From the human T2T-CHM13v2.0 reference genome, Homo sapiens: 64,000 nt of DNA. The stretch lies in assembly GCF_009914755.1 (NCBI RefSeq), contig NC_060935.1. One strand, 5' to 3'. The position numbers and the translations under genes were made by a program. Every line of letters begins with the position of its first letter. Position 1 is the stretch's first letter. The notes under the pieces are model-generated. The model was not told the origin of the DNA and did no database searches. It worked only from the letters and a program-made list of their open reading frames with translations. Below are positions 27,451 through 41,687 of the stretch, piece by piece.

Positions 27451-30400
27451 TATGTTTTGATGTTCAGATGTTGGGTGCATATATATTTATAATACTTATA
27501 TCCTCTTGATAAATTGGCACATTATTATATAATAATCTTCTTTCTCTTGTTTTACAGTTCTTGACTAAGTCTGTTTTATCTGACATAACTTCTCCTGCTC
27601 TCTTTTGGTTTTGAGTTGCATGAAATATCTTTTCCTATGCCTTCATTTTCAGTGTATATGTGTACTTACATGTGAAATGAACCTCTTAGGGAGCTTCTGG
27701 TCGAATCTTTTTTTATCCACCCAGCCATTTTATGTCTCTTGAATGAAGAATTTAATCCATTGAGTGTAAACTCAAGGGAATTATTATATGTATTGACTTA
27801 CTGCTGCCATTAATAATTTTCTAATTGTTTTATAGAATCTTTGTTCTTTTCTTCTCTTGCTCTCTTCTTTTGTGATTACATGATATTTTTCTAGTGATAT
27901 AGTTTGCATCTTTTGTGTCTATTATGGGTTTATGTTTTGTGGTTACCATGTGACTTGCAAAACATCTTAGATATAATAGGTTATTTTAAGCTGATAACTT
28001 AATTTTGATTTAAAAAAATCCCCCACTACACTTTTACTTCAAATCTTCAGCCTTTTAAATTTTAATGCCACAGTTTACATCTTTGCATATTATATATTTT
28101 GTAACAATATTGTAGTAATCATTTTTAATAATTTTGTCTTTTAACCTTTGTACTAAAGATATGTGATTTGCACACAACCATTACAGTATTATTCTAAATT
28201 TGACTGTGTACTTACTATTATAGTATGTTTTTGTGTTACTAATTACCATCCTTTTCTTTTCCATCTTGAAGAACTACCTTTAGCATTTATTGTAAGACAG
28301 GTCTGGTGGTAATGAACTCCATCAGTTTTCCTTTGTTTAGGAATCTTTATCTCTCCTTTATTTCTGAAGAACAACTTTGCTGGCTACAGTATAATTCTTT
28401 GGCAGTTGTTTTACTTCACCCCCTTGAATATGTCATCCCACTCTCTCACAGCCTGTAAGGTCTCTGCTGAGAAATCTGCTGCTAGCCTTATTAGAACTCC
28501 CTTATATATCAATTGTTTCTGTAACACACTTTGTTTATAACATGCCTTGGTGTAGTATAGTTTAAATGGAATTCAGTTGGAGACCTCTAACCTCCCTGTA
28601 CCTCTATAAATATTTTCCCAGATTTGGAAAGTTTACTGCTAATATTTCTGTAAATAAGCTTTCTATCCCTTTGCCTTTCCCTTCTCCTTCACTAACTTCT
28701 ATTACTCATACATTTGCTCTTTTGATGCTGTTCCATAAATCTCATGAGTTTTCTTTAGTTTTTATTTTTTCTCCTCTGACAGTATATTTTCAAATAATCT
28801 GCCTCCAAGTTCACAGATTCTTTTTTCTGCTTGATCAATTCTACTGTTGATGCTCTCTATTGCAGTTTTTCATTTATGGCATTTTCCAGCTCCAGAATTT
28901 GTTTTTGGTTGTTTTTATTTCAATCTCTCTGCTAAATTTCTTATTTTGGTAATTTATTGTTTGTCTGATTTCCTCAATTGCTTTTTTGTATTTTCCTGAA
29001 GTTCACTGAGCTTCCTTAAATCAATTATTTTGAATTCTTTGTCCAGTAGTTTGCATATCTCAATTTTTTTTTCAGTTTGGCTACTGGGAGATTATTATAC
29101 CCTTTGGGTGTCGTTATATCTCTTTGGTTTTTCTTGTTTCTTATTGCCTTATGTTGATGTCTGTGCATTTGAAGAAGTCAAGACTTATTCTAGACTTCGC
29201 AGGCTGGCTTTATCTAAGAAACCCCTTTCCAAGTCAATCTGTCTAGAGATTCCAGGCAGGTTATCTGACATGTTCTAAGTGTGGGCTTGCTATTTGAATC
29301 TTTGGGCAGGCTGTACCGGTGCCTGTGTTGGCAGGTGGATGAGCCTGATGCTTGGGTCTGCAGGGTTAGTACTATATGCTGGATCCACAGGTAGACCTGT
29401 TGGTTGGATATGCAGGGATGGGCCTGAAGTCTGGATCCATAAGGGAGGTCTTGGAGCCTGTATACATAAAGGCCAGGCTGAAGCCTGGGTCCACAGCACT
29501 GCACCTAGTGCTGGAATAGGCCTTGAGCCTGAGTTTGTAAGAGATGGCTAGGTGTGTGGCGGGCTTGGCACCTGGCTCCACTGGGATGGACCCAGAGCCT
29601 TAGTCCATGGCAGCTTCCTTGTAGCCTTAGTCTTCAGAGGTGTTCTTATGAACCTCAGTCCATGGTCTGGCCTGGAATTCAGGTCTACTGGGGTGAGCCT
29701 TGACTCTTGGTCCTCTGGAGCCTGAAGCTATGGGGCCTGGCCTGGAGCCCTGGGCCAACATAAAGCCTAAATCTGTGGGAGATCATCTGGAGCCATTATT
29801 GAAGACATTGGCCTGGTTCTTGGATGGGCTGTCCTGGACCCTAAGACAACAGGCATTGTTCTGAAGCCTGCATCCACTGGGGCCAGCCTAGAGGCTGGGT
29901 GTGTAGGTACTCACCAAGAGGTTAAGTCCCTGAGGGTGGCCTGGTTCTTAGGGCCTCAGGGGCTGACCTGGAACCTGGGCACAAAGGGAAAGTCCTGGGA
30001 CCTGGAGGGAAAGCCTGGGGACTGGCTTCTCCAGTGCTTGGGTCTACTGGGACTTACTTGAACTATGAGTCTGCTGGAACACTAGGGTGTAAGGACTGGT
30101 TTGGAGGGTAAAGACATAGAGACAAGCCTGGCACTGGGAAGACCTGGAGCCTGGTCCACAGGGGTTGACGTGGCAATGGGTGAACCTAAATTCTGTATCT
30201 ACAGGGGCGATCTGGAGGCAAAGTCCATAGGTACTGAGTTAGGCCTGAAGTCTTGGTCCTTGGGAGCCAGTCTGTTTCTGGGGGCAGCTCAGAGCCTGAG
30301 GCCAGTGATCCGGCCTGGCTTTGGGGTAGGCCTGGAGCCAGATTCTGCAAGAGCTGTGCTGGTATAGGGGCAGAAGCCACTTGGGCCTGCCTGACACTGG

Positions 30401-31428
30401 GGCTGGTCAGATCCTGGGGCCACTAGGGTCAGCCTGGTGGTAGGGTAGGTGCAGTGACCCAATCCATCAGGGAGGCCTGGAGCCTGGGCCTGCAGGATCC
30501 TGTCTGGGTCAGGGTGAACTTGAAGACTCAGTCTTGAGTATCAGCTTGGAGTCTGGAGTCACAGCAGCTGATCTGGTGCTGCGTGGGCCTACAGCCTACA
30601 TTTCCAGGGGCTGTCCTGGACATTGGGTTCACTGGTGCTGGCCTGATGTCTGGTGCTAGAGTGGACCTAAAGCCTGAGGCTGTGGGGGCCAGCCTAGTGC
30701 TGTGGATAGTTAGAGCCTTGTGCCACTGGAGTCAGCCTGGCAGTGGGGCAGAGACTAAGTCTGCTATGCAGTCTTGGAGCCTAGGGCTGCAGGATTTAGC
30801 CTACTGCTGGGATAGACCAGGAAGTTCAGTCTGCAGATATTGGCCTAGAGTTTGGAGCCACAGGGGCCTGCTCAGTGTTGATTTTTACTCGGGTTTTGGG
30901 GGTCTGAAGCAAATTCCGGTGCTCACTTTCCTCTCCTTTCCCCGTGCAAAGAGTATCTCTCTCCATGTTGTGCTGCCCGGAGTTGGAGGAGAAGCAATGT
31001 GGGCAAGGTAAAACTGTCCTTCCTACCCTCTTCAATGTGTCTTTTAAAAAATGTCTCTGCTACACCTGGGTGCTATAATCTCTCACCTTGTTTCCTTAGC
31101 TTTTTGAAGGTTTTTTGGGGATGGATAGTTGTTTGAATTGATGTTTCTATGGCAGGAGGAGTGCAGGAAAGTCCTATTCTGCCATCTTGCTGATGTCCCT
31201 TGGTGCATATCTATATCTTATCAATCACATTTTTCTGACTCTTGAATGTTTACTAACTTTTTTTGCTTTATATCAAACATTATGAATAAAAGAACCATAG
31301 AATCCGTGTATGATGTTATCTTCTAATGTGGATGATTTGATCTTTCCTCTGGCAGTCTGATACCCTCAATCTAATAAAGAATTGAGCTGGAATAAGAGCA
31401 AATTGATGTCTAGTAAAACTCAGTCTAC

Positions 31429-32311
31429 TTTTGTTTTTTGTTTGTCAATGAATATTTAATAACAAGGTTTACAACATATGCTTATCTAATATATAATTTT
31501 ATGTCACTGCAGCAAAAGAAAACATCTTGTTCACTGGGTAAAAAAGACCTGCTTTATATGTGTTCAATTCAGTGCAATTAAAAAATACTGTGATTATCAT
31601 TTCAAAGCTTCAGAATAGGTGCCAGTGTTCTTTCCTTTTTCATATGGGAAAAATTGCCATTTTTAAAACTAACATTTCTTGAAAATCAAAACTACAGTTC
31701 TGAGCAAGAACCTTGGGAAGAAAGAGCAACACATCAGCAAATGCTTGGACTCTGAGTTGAGCCCTGGACTTATATTTAATTGGACTTCTGCCATTGCCAC
31801 TGCTACTGCACTAGCACCTGGAACTCACAGCCATCATCAATAGCTTTTTTTGACAGCCCTCAAGCCATCTCTTACAGCATCTTTGATTTGAGTGTGTGTA
31901 TACTTATTTGGTTCTTTGGCCAATAATGTGACAGAGCTAGGATAGTTATATTTCTCAATAAAGGTGAATTTTTCCTCTCCAAATGTATACTCACAGAGAA
32001 GTCCTGCATATCCTACATAGTCAGGAGTTAGGTCATCAAAAGAATTAGAGTCACCTCATCACAAGACAAAAGACAGCCTCTCTATATTTCTCCTTTAAGC
32101 TCTGTGCAGAGCTACTATGCCTTCTTTTTCAAGAGCACCTAAGCAAAAGGTCAATTCCATTTTGATAAATAATAACAAATCCTTTAACTGAATCACCACA
32201 AACTTTTTCAGTTCTATTATTTTTAAACTCTATATCCAATGAATTTTCTTTCACCTTCTACTAGTTTTTCTCTGTCTTCCTGGCTCTTGTAAAAAAAAAA
32301 AAAATCCAGAA
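31429..32311 (-). pseudogene. Processed pseudogene of CCT6A (TRiC/CCT chaperonin zeta subunit), 5'-truncated, with an internal deletion
   Basis: My minus-strand translation gives SGFF..YKSQEDREKLVEGERKFI..., [65 protein letters not shown] and ..PKVLAQN, matching CCT6A as I recall it. Intronless, with stops and frameshifts; 3'UTR-like segment, ATTAAA (plus 31455-31460) and degenerate poly-A (31429-31444). Confidence 0.93.
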
Positions 32312-32399
32312 GATAGTCCATACTTATGCAAAAAAGAAAATTCTTTTATTAGATTCACATCAATTTTGTGAATGTGAATTTTGATTTTACCTGAACATA

Positions 32400-33570
32400 T
32401 TTGTTTTTGGGGGTTTTTGTTTTAGGTTTGGGGCACATGTGACCATTTGTTACATAGGTAAACACATGTCGTGGGGGTTTGTTGTACATATTATTTCATC
32501 ACCCAGGTATTAGGCCTGGTACCCAATAGTTATCTTTCCTGCTCCTCTCCCTCCTCCCACCCTCCCCCCTCAAGTAGATCCCAGGGTCTGTTGTTTCCTT
32601 CTTTGTGTTCTTAAGTTATTATTTAGCTCCCATTTATAAGTGAGAACATGTAGTATTTGGTTTTCTGTTCCTGCATTAGTTTGCTAAGGATAATAGCCTC
32701 CAGCTCCATCCATGTTCCCACAAAATACATAATCTCATTCTTTTTATGGCTGCATAGTATTCCATTGTGTGTATGTACATTTTCTTTATCCAATCTGTCA
32801 TTGATGGGCATTTAGGTTGATTCCGTGTCTTTACTATTGTGAATAGAGCTGCAATGAACATTTGCATGCATGTGTCTTTATGGCATAATGATTTATATTC
32901 CTCTGAGTATATGCCCAGTAATGGGATTGCTGGGTTGAATGGCAGCTTTGCTTTCAGCTCTTTGAGGAATTGCCATACTGCTTTCCACAATTATCGAACT
33001 AACTTAAACTCCCACCAACAGTGTATAAGTGCTCTCTTCACCACAACCTCACCAGCATCTGCTTTTTTTCCCACTTTTTAATAATAGCCCTTCTGACTGA
33101 TGTAAGATGGTATCTCATTGTGGTTTTCATTTGCATTTCTCTGTTAATCAGTGAAGTTGAGCTTTTCGTCATATAATTGTTGGCCACATGTATGTCTTCT
33201 TATGAAAAGTGTCTATTCATGACTTTGCCTACTTTTTATGGGATTTTTTTCTTGTAAATTTGTTCAAGTTCCTTATAAATGCTGGATATTAGACCTTGGT
33301 CAGATGCACAGTTTGTGAAAATTTTCTCCCATTCTGTAGGTTGTCTGTTCACTTTGTTGATAGTTTCTTCCGCTTTTATTGCAATTGCTTTCAGCATCTT
33401 CATCATGAAATCTTTGCCCATGCCTATGTCCTGAATGGTATTACTTAGGCTTGTCTTCCAGGGCTTTTACGGTTTTGGGTTTTACTTTTGTCTTTAATCC
33501 ATCTTGAATTAGTTTTTTATATGGTACAAAAAAAGGGGTCCAGTTTTAATCTTCTGCATATGGCTAGCCA
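32400..33570 (-). mobile_element. L1PA13-15-like LINE-1 3' fragment
   Basis: Antisense 3'UTR and ORF2 C-terminus (ORF 32676-32990, [12 protein letters not shown]; 33236-33421). Confidence 0.93.
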
Positions 33571-34640
<1,070 letters not shown>

Positions 34641-34764
34641 TGATCTATGGTTAGCTATAAAATCTCTGCTTTGTTTTGATTTATCATTAACTGTGAAAAT
34701 ATGATTTGTCTCTCAAATTAATGAATATTTTTGAGCCTGAAGTAAAAGCCTCAGAAATAAAATC

Positions 34765-34925
34765 TTACAACCATTACTTTTCAGATGAGGAAGCTAAACT
34801 ACAGATAAGTGGTTTTTTAGTGACTTTCCCAAAGTCACTAAAAAATAAAAAGGCAGTATTCAAAGGAGGGAAAAAAAGAAGCTTCTCGTTCTAATCCAAA
34901 TACATTTTATAATACACCACAGCAT
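34765..34925 (-). mobile_element. MIR fragment
   Basis: TTTTCAGATGAGGAAGCT...GTGACTTTCCCAAAGTCAC, antisense MIR core. Confidence 0.65.
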
Positions 34926-36495
34926 ACTTATCAAAAACAATTTAACATATTCAGACTAAATTTATAAAACCATTTGAAAAGGTAAAATAAAATATCGGGG
35001 GTAAATTTGAGCAAGAATCACAGCCTTATTAACTAACAAAATGGAATCCAGATATCAAGTCTTAGTAATTAAGCACCATGGTCTAGTCTAAAACTATACT
35101 TCCATGATTTTTTAAAAGTTAAACAATATCATGAAATGATCATATTGCCCGCAATTCTCAGTTAGAATTTATAAATTTGGAGTTGAAAAGAGTTTTATCC
35201 TACATATGATAATGCACTATAGTCATTCAGCCCTTATTAGGTGGTTCATATGTGGCAGCACAGTCCCAGATTATTTTTTGGATGGAAAATTGAGTACTGA
35301 GGCATTGCTTAGGATCATTTTAACTAGTTTACCTTTCCTATCCACTTAATTCTAAGTTAGCATTATAGAGAATTTAATTTTGTAGCTTATTTTTAAAAGA
35401 TTATAGTAGTTTTGGAGTAAGCCGTGAAACCTAGATACCAAGAAGTGACGTTAGGAATCCATTTTGTTGTCAGATAGAGTTGTGAGTCTGTTTTGTCTCA
35501 ATCATTTTATTCCACCTTTAAATTACTTTATAATTTTAGCTTAGATTTTTTGATAAATATACTATGATGAAACATTGAAAGTGTTGAGTATTGAGGCTCC
35601 AAATGAATCAAATTCCCTGTACAATTAGTGATTCTTTGTGATGTGTAACTGGATAAGAATAACAAGTTTCTCAGATAATAAACAGATTGAGGGTCTGATC
35701 CCTGTCTCTCTCACTGATAACTTATTCTGAGATGACTAATAGGGATGAGGCCAAAGATAAGGATTTTAGTCTGCTATTTTAGCTACAGCGTTCCAATCGG
35801 TAGTAACTTCCAGAGTGGCAATCACAACTGCTCTCTGTAGGGTCAGCTACTAGATGCAGTGTACTTCTGGGATATTGCTTCTCTGCAACATCGTCTTTAT
35901 GTCAGCAGTTGGACAGCTCCGAATGATGCTCTTGCTCAGCCTCAGCACCACATCTAGAGGTCGCTTTCCAACTGGGTGCATGCTGATCCCCCTGGCATAG
36001 CGGCTTTCAAACTTTATCCTGAGAGAATGCACTTTATATTCTGACCCAGTGAACACGACATGCATGTATAAAATCAAAACAAACATCACAAGATAATACC
36101 CTTATTACACGTGATGGTGTATTTCGTTTAATTCTTAAATGAGAATCATAACAACCTGAATTGGTTTCATGATCAATAATGGTTAACAACATGCTGTCTG
36201 TAAAACATTGATCTAGAGGTAGTAATTATACAGGAGGATTAACCTCAATAAAAGATTTTTTAAAAGAATTTCGACAAATTTCAGGTTTAGAGAAGTGATT
36301 GATTTCCAACATTCTGAACATGAAGAATATATACATACATGGAACCTAATCAGGGCTTCTTTTAACAGAGAAGGTAGAAAATAACACAGCTAAGAATTAT
36401 ATACTAATGCCTTCTTCATCATCAGTGGGTATTTTTGGTAACATTTTTGTTTATTTCAGCATACATCTTCATATTATTGCTTCATCCCCAAACTA

Positions 36496-36816
<321 letters not shown>

Positions 36817-37146
36817 CTTCTTTTTAATTTTCTCTTATAATGAAAATGTAGTTTAATTTAGTATTTTGGAATTACACACTTCTAAGGGTGATGGTTCCAA
36901 ATCTTTCATTAAGTTCAACAAAGGAAGAGTTTCCTCCGGTATCAGAACAGATCTTGGCCTTTAAATGAGCAACCCAAGAAGTCACTGGCCTTGTATTGGG
37001 CCAGCTGTATGAAAAACAAAAACTTAGAAACTAGATTCACAGCAGCACAGTGAGATGCATGTGCTATGAAACACAGAGCCATATCTCCCAGCTCACTCCA
37101 GAGCCTATGATCACTGGAAGGACTGACGGATGGAATCATTTGCTAT

Positions 37147-37630
37147 ATCTGTTAGAATTGTGTTTGCCTGCAACTAACCACAAAGGCAACAGAAAACAAA
37201 AAGATTCCAAAGGGTTAAGCAAATAGGGATTGATTTTATCTATGTAATAAGAAGAGCATATACAGGCACTCTACTGCTTGCTTTGGGGCTCAACCATGCC
37301 ACCAAAGACCCATCTCTATCTCTTTATCTGACCACCCTTGTCATTAGCACGCTGGCCTTTGTCCACATTCTTAGAGGCCTGTTGGTCTCAAGATGACTAC
37401 TTAGGCCTCATGTTCACGTCTTAGATGGAAAATGGGGAAGGGCAAGTAAGCTTAAAGAAAAGTCTCCCAGGGAGACTATGAAGGCTGCTCTCCCTAGAGA
37501 CTTTTATAGACATCTTATTGTCAGAACATGGCCATTCCCTTGCTGCTAGTGAAATCAAGTGCTTTCCGTGAGGCATAGTGGTGTCCTGCGCTATGAGAAG
37601 GGAAATGAAAACTGACAAATAATTCTGTCT
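37147..37630 (-). mobile_element. Ancient ERVL/MaLR LTR (LTR33/MLT1-like)
   Basis: TATCTGTTAGAATTGTGTTTGCCTGCAA...GGTCTCAAGATG...CTTATTGTCAGAACATGGCCA resembles an antisense LTR33-type LTR. Confidence 0.55.
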
Positions 37631-37809
37631 CTCTCTCTCTCCTCTCTTGTGTGTATGTATGTATGTGTGTGTTGTTCTTTCTCAGTCTCTCAATTTTTTT
37701 TTCTGAGCACATATAGTTAAGTTTTGGAAAATCAACTGTATGTATGACATAATCCCACTATACTTCACTCGTGGATTAATTTATAGATATATGAGAGAAG
37801 GACTGGGAA

Positions 37810-38160
37810 GAGAATTAAAATTTGCTGAGTATCTAAAATGGGCTAAACAAATTGTTAGACCTTTTTTTATATGTGTGTGTGTGCATATATAGACAGATGT
37901 AGATGGTACAGATAGTGTGTGGTGTGTATATACCTTTCTCATAGGTTTTTATAAGACATATACACACACACACACACACACGTCTTACAGACACACACCA
38001 ATATATACAAAAACCTATGACAAAGGCATAATTATGCCTATGCTACATACTGGGAAATTGATGCTCAGATTAAGAAAGTTGCTTGCAGCCTCTTAGCTAG
38101 ACAGCGGCAAAAGTAGAGTCAAGATTCAGACATAATTCTGTCTGTAATCCATACTGCTTT
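37810..38160 (-). mobile_element. MIR interrupted by (TG)/(CA) microsatellites and an inverted duplication
   Basis: AAAACCTATGA...GGGAAATTGATGCTCAGA, antisense MIR core. Confidence 0.6.
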
Positions 38161-39529
38161 AAAACTAGAAGATAGAAGAAGCAAGAGAAAATATGCCTGC
38201 AGTGTTTTGCAGTCTGGACAAAATTTTAAATCTATCGTAACTGAGGCATTCAAGTCACTAAGACAATATATTTAGCCAGAAAATAGCCTCCTGTGCCCAA
38301 TAGTTCATATGCAAGTTTTGAGTATCTTCCAAGCCCAGTTCTAATGTGACAGGGGCTCAGATGACTTGTTGCCAAGAAAGCAGCAGGGCTACATTTTTTA
38401 TTGGACTGACTAGCTGTTCTGATGTCACTTAGGAACAGCCTGAGAGCAAATGCGTCTTCTTGCTCCTGTTTCCTGAATCCCAAATGGACATGGTTTTTGT
38501 CAGAGCCTCATGACAGGCATAGTTTTGGCACAGATCCCAGAGCCACCATGTGGCCACCACAGCCCTCAAACTCTTTCCACTTTGGCATAGTGAAAGCAGA
38601 ATCTGTTCTGAATTGAAACGGGAGCTCTACATTGTTTCCCAGAGGGAGAGATGGTGGACAGCAAATAAATAAATTTCACTGATAACAAAATAGAGCTTGC
38701 AAATTTCATCACTAGGGACTTTAGAAATGTTTCAGATACTGTTTATTTAACACAGTCTCTGGGATGATTTTTACCATACTCCGCAATGTGTAGGGCATGC
38801 ACAGAATAATAGTTTTCTTTTGCATAATGTACAACTGTTTAAAGCTATGTTATCTCTGGGAAAAAAATGAGACTGATCCACTGAAAAAATGCAATAAGAA
38901 ATCGATTTAGCTTAAAAATGAATTGGGTTCAACATAAATGTGTAAAACAACAGCCAGAATATTTACATCTCATCTCCTTTAAAAAAAAACCTGGGTGAGC
39001 TCTCACAGTCATTTGAAAAGCTAATACTGTCTTCTCATTATTATCTAGTTACTGGTATGCTGCTTCTACTACCTGTAATGATCAATTTGTGTGGTAGTAT
39101 CATACACTATTTATTTAAGTGACAGGGAAAATGATGATTATCCTTCTTCCTTGTAGTTAATGCTCATTGAGACTAATTCTTTTTGAAGAAGTTGAGAACT
39201 GAGCTATGAAGGAGAGAAACTGCATTATTTTCTGAAGGACTGGAGAATATCTGCATTCAAAGCCAAATAGGACACTTTGCATTAGTGGCCATAAATAGGA
39301 AGTTGGAATGACAAATTAGAGGTGACCATTAGACCCCCAAACCTGCCTTTTAAGGGTCTGAAAATCAGATGGATAAGTAGAGAGGCATTGATCATGAATG
39401 TTCCCATGCAGATCAGAAATAAAGGAAAAGCTAAGAATTTTTTCTTGATATTCCATGAATGTGCCATTTTATTCTGTGTTCCTCTGAGTGAAAATGAAGG
39501 AAAGAAGAATTCTTTACAGAGCCCTGACT

Positions 39530-39732
39530 TAGTGTTTTTCAAGGCACTTTACATACTTTTCTTTATCCCCATAGGAGATAGGTATTATTACTTCCATTTA
39601 ACAGAAAAGGAAACAGAAGTTATAAGTGGCAAAAAAACTTACGCATGGTTTCAAGATTAAAAAAAATAGAGTTTTAATACAAACGCAGATTAGACTATTT
39701 CCAGAGCCATTTTCTCTCCTCTATATCATGCT
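39530..39732 (-). mobile_element. MIR fragment
   Basis: GATAGGTATTATTACTTCCATTTAACAGAAAAGGAAACAGA. Confidence 0.7.
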
Positions 39733-41191
39733 CCCAGATAGGGAAAAAATTAATTTCCTCATTAGAACCAATTGTAAGAGATGGATAGCAACATTGCTAT
39801 GGCAGAATATTTGTTTGAAACCTCATATTGTACAATAGGAATGAATAAGCTGAAGGGTATCACGAAGAAAGATAACCAGGATGGGTAGGATTTTGGACAT
39901 TATGACAAAGAAAAGCCAAAGAAAGGGTGGAAGTGTAGATGATCAAGGAACTTGGTGAGCATCTTAAAGGTAAGAAAGGCTTACACAGGGAAGGCTATTC
40001 TGATGGCTGTTAGAAAGAAGCAGATGTCAGCCCACCACTGGAAATGATTTATTGTAATTCGATTATATTTTTAAAGTGGAACAGGTTATATCATATGGTG
40101 CTGACACAGAGACTTAACAATCTTGTATCTAAGAGGCTGAAGAGAGGACTTCTGCAGTGGGTAGATTAAATGAGATGACCTCTATTGTATATCTCACCAT
40201 TATTCTTTTATGCTATAAATTATAATTCTGTATGAGCTAGGAGCAGTGCATGACCTTTGCTTTTGGTGTAGAGGTATTACTGGTATCAGCAGTCCTAGAG
40301 CCCAAAGAGAGAGGATACAGGGAAGTGAGCAGCAAAAAAGAACATGAATAAAGGAATGCTTTTGTCAAGAAGGCAAGTAAGAAAAAGAATTCTTAAAGAT
40401 GCTGCCTTCTTACATTAGATATTCTTGAAAACAAAGAATCAGGAGTTTAGAAATCCATACTTCTAGATCAACAAAAGGAATCAGGGAGAAAGGCAGGATT
40501 AGATGCAAATATTACATTGTAAAACTGAAAGCAGTCAGGCTAGATTTTAGGATTGTTTGAGTGTAGTGATCATGTCTTAATCTTCCACTTGTCCAATTCA
40601 GCACCTACCACCTATTCTTTAGACATAGAATATAGTAAACATTCATAGAATCTCCTAAAAGGAGATAAAACTTAACAAAAGACAAAATTCCAATAAATGA
40701 GAAGAAATTATAGGGAATTATGAGCATGATGCAAAAGAAACATTTTATTCTGTGCATACCTACCCCTTCTGGACATCAAAATCTCTATGGAATATAAACT
40801 GATTTTATGCCTAGAAAAGAAGATGTTATGGAATCTTTGACTGGGACAGAGATATATGAAAGAGATAGAGGTAAGCCTGCACCCACTATGTGAAGGCAAC
40901 AGCATAGGATAGATATAAATATTTTTGTTAAACCAGTCCCAGCACTCGGGGAATGCTATTTCCACCTACCCCCTTAAATGGAGTAGTGATACAGGGAATT
41001 CCTTAAGTATATGCTTCCATACATTGCTCTTGTGACCCTGTCAAAGTGATCTCAGTTCCTTGGGTCAGGATTGGATTTCTAAGCCAGAGGCTGCTATCTG
41101 TGGGCTGGCCAGTAGTCTCTCAGGTGGTTTGGTATTAGAGGTCTATCAGCAGGTACACTCTTCACTGACGGTTAGCCTAATCAGTAAGTTT

Positions 41192-41376
41192 TAGGATAGT
41201 CAGATTTATCAAATAAAAAATAGGACTCCCAATTAAATTAGAATTTCACATAAATAATGAATCATTTTCTAGTGTATGTTGCTAATTTGCAGGGGTCATA
41301 TCTATAGAAAAATGTATTTTCCATTTACCTGCAATTAAAATTTAACTGAGCACTTTGTATTTACCTGACAGCTCGC
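41192..41376. mobile_element. MER53 palindromic non-autonomous DNA transposon
   Basis: AGGATAGTCAGATTTATCAAATAAAAAATAGGACTCCCAATTAAATTAGAATTTCA...AAATTTAACTGAGCACTTTGTATTTACCTGACAGC; self-complementary arms. Confidence 0.85.
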
Positions 41377-41687
41377 TCAAGACAGAAAGTATTGCAGTAA
41401 TAGAGAAGAGAAGTCATAGGAAATATATAGATGAATAAAGTTCATGAACAGGAAGCCACAATCACCTACTGCTGGGAGGAATAAAGTTACCCAGTGTCAC
41501 TAGAGCTGCTGCCATGCCAAGATGCGATGCTACCTCTAAGCAACATCCCAGCTCCTCAGATCTAGTGAGGTTCTGCTTAGATGATTACTCAGACTTTCTA
41601 TGTCTCCATGATTTTTTGCAATAAACCCCCATTAACTGAGGGAATCTGAGTGCATTTTTTTTATTGGCAACTGAAGAGACTATAATT

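Noticed and set aside
29214-31035. Cluster of overlapping ORFs suggesting a GC-rich gene or CpG island
   Set aside because: Lies in the L1 5'UTR repeat array, which is CpG-depleted and stop-poor by composition.
41192-41376. MER53 as a miR-1302-type precursor
   Set aside because: The segment corresponding to the mature miRNA (GGGGTCATATCTATAG here) is strongly diverged and the arms are imperfect.
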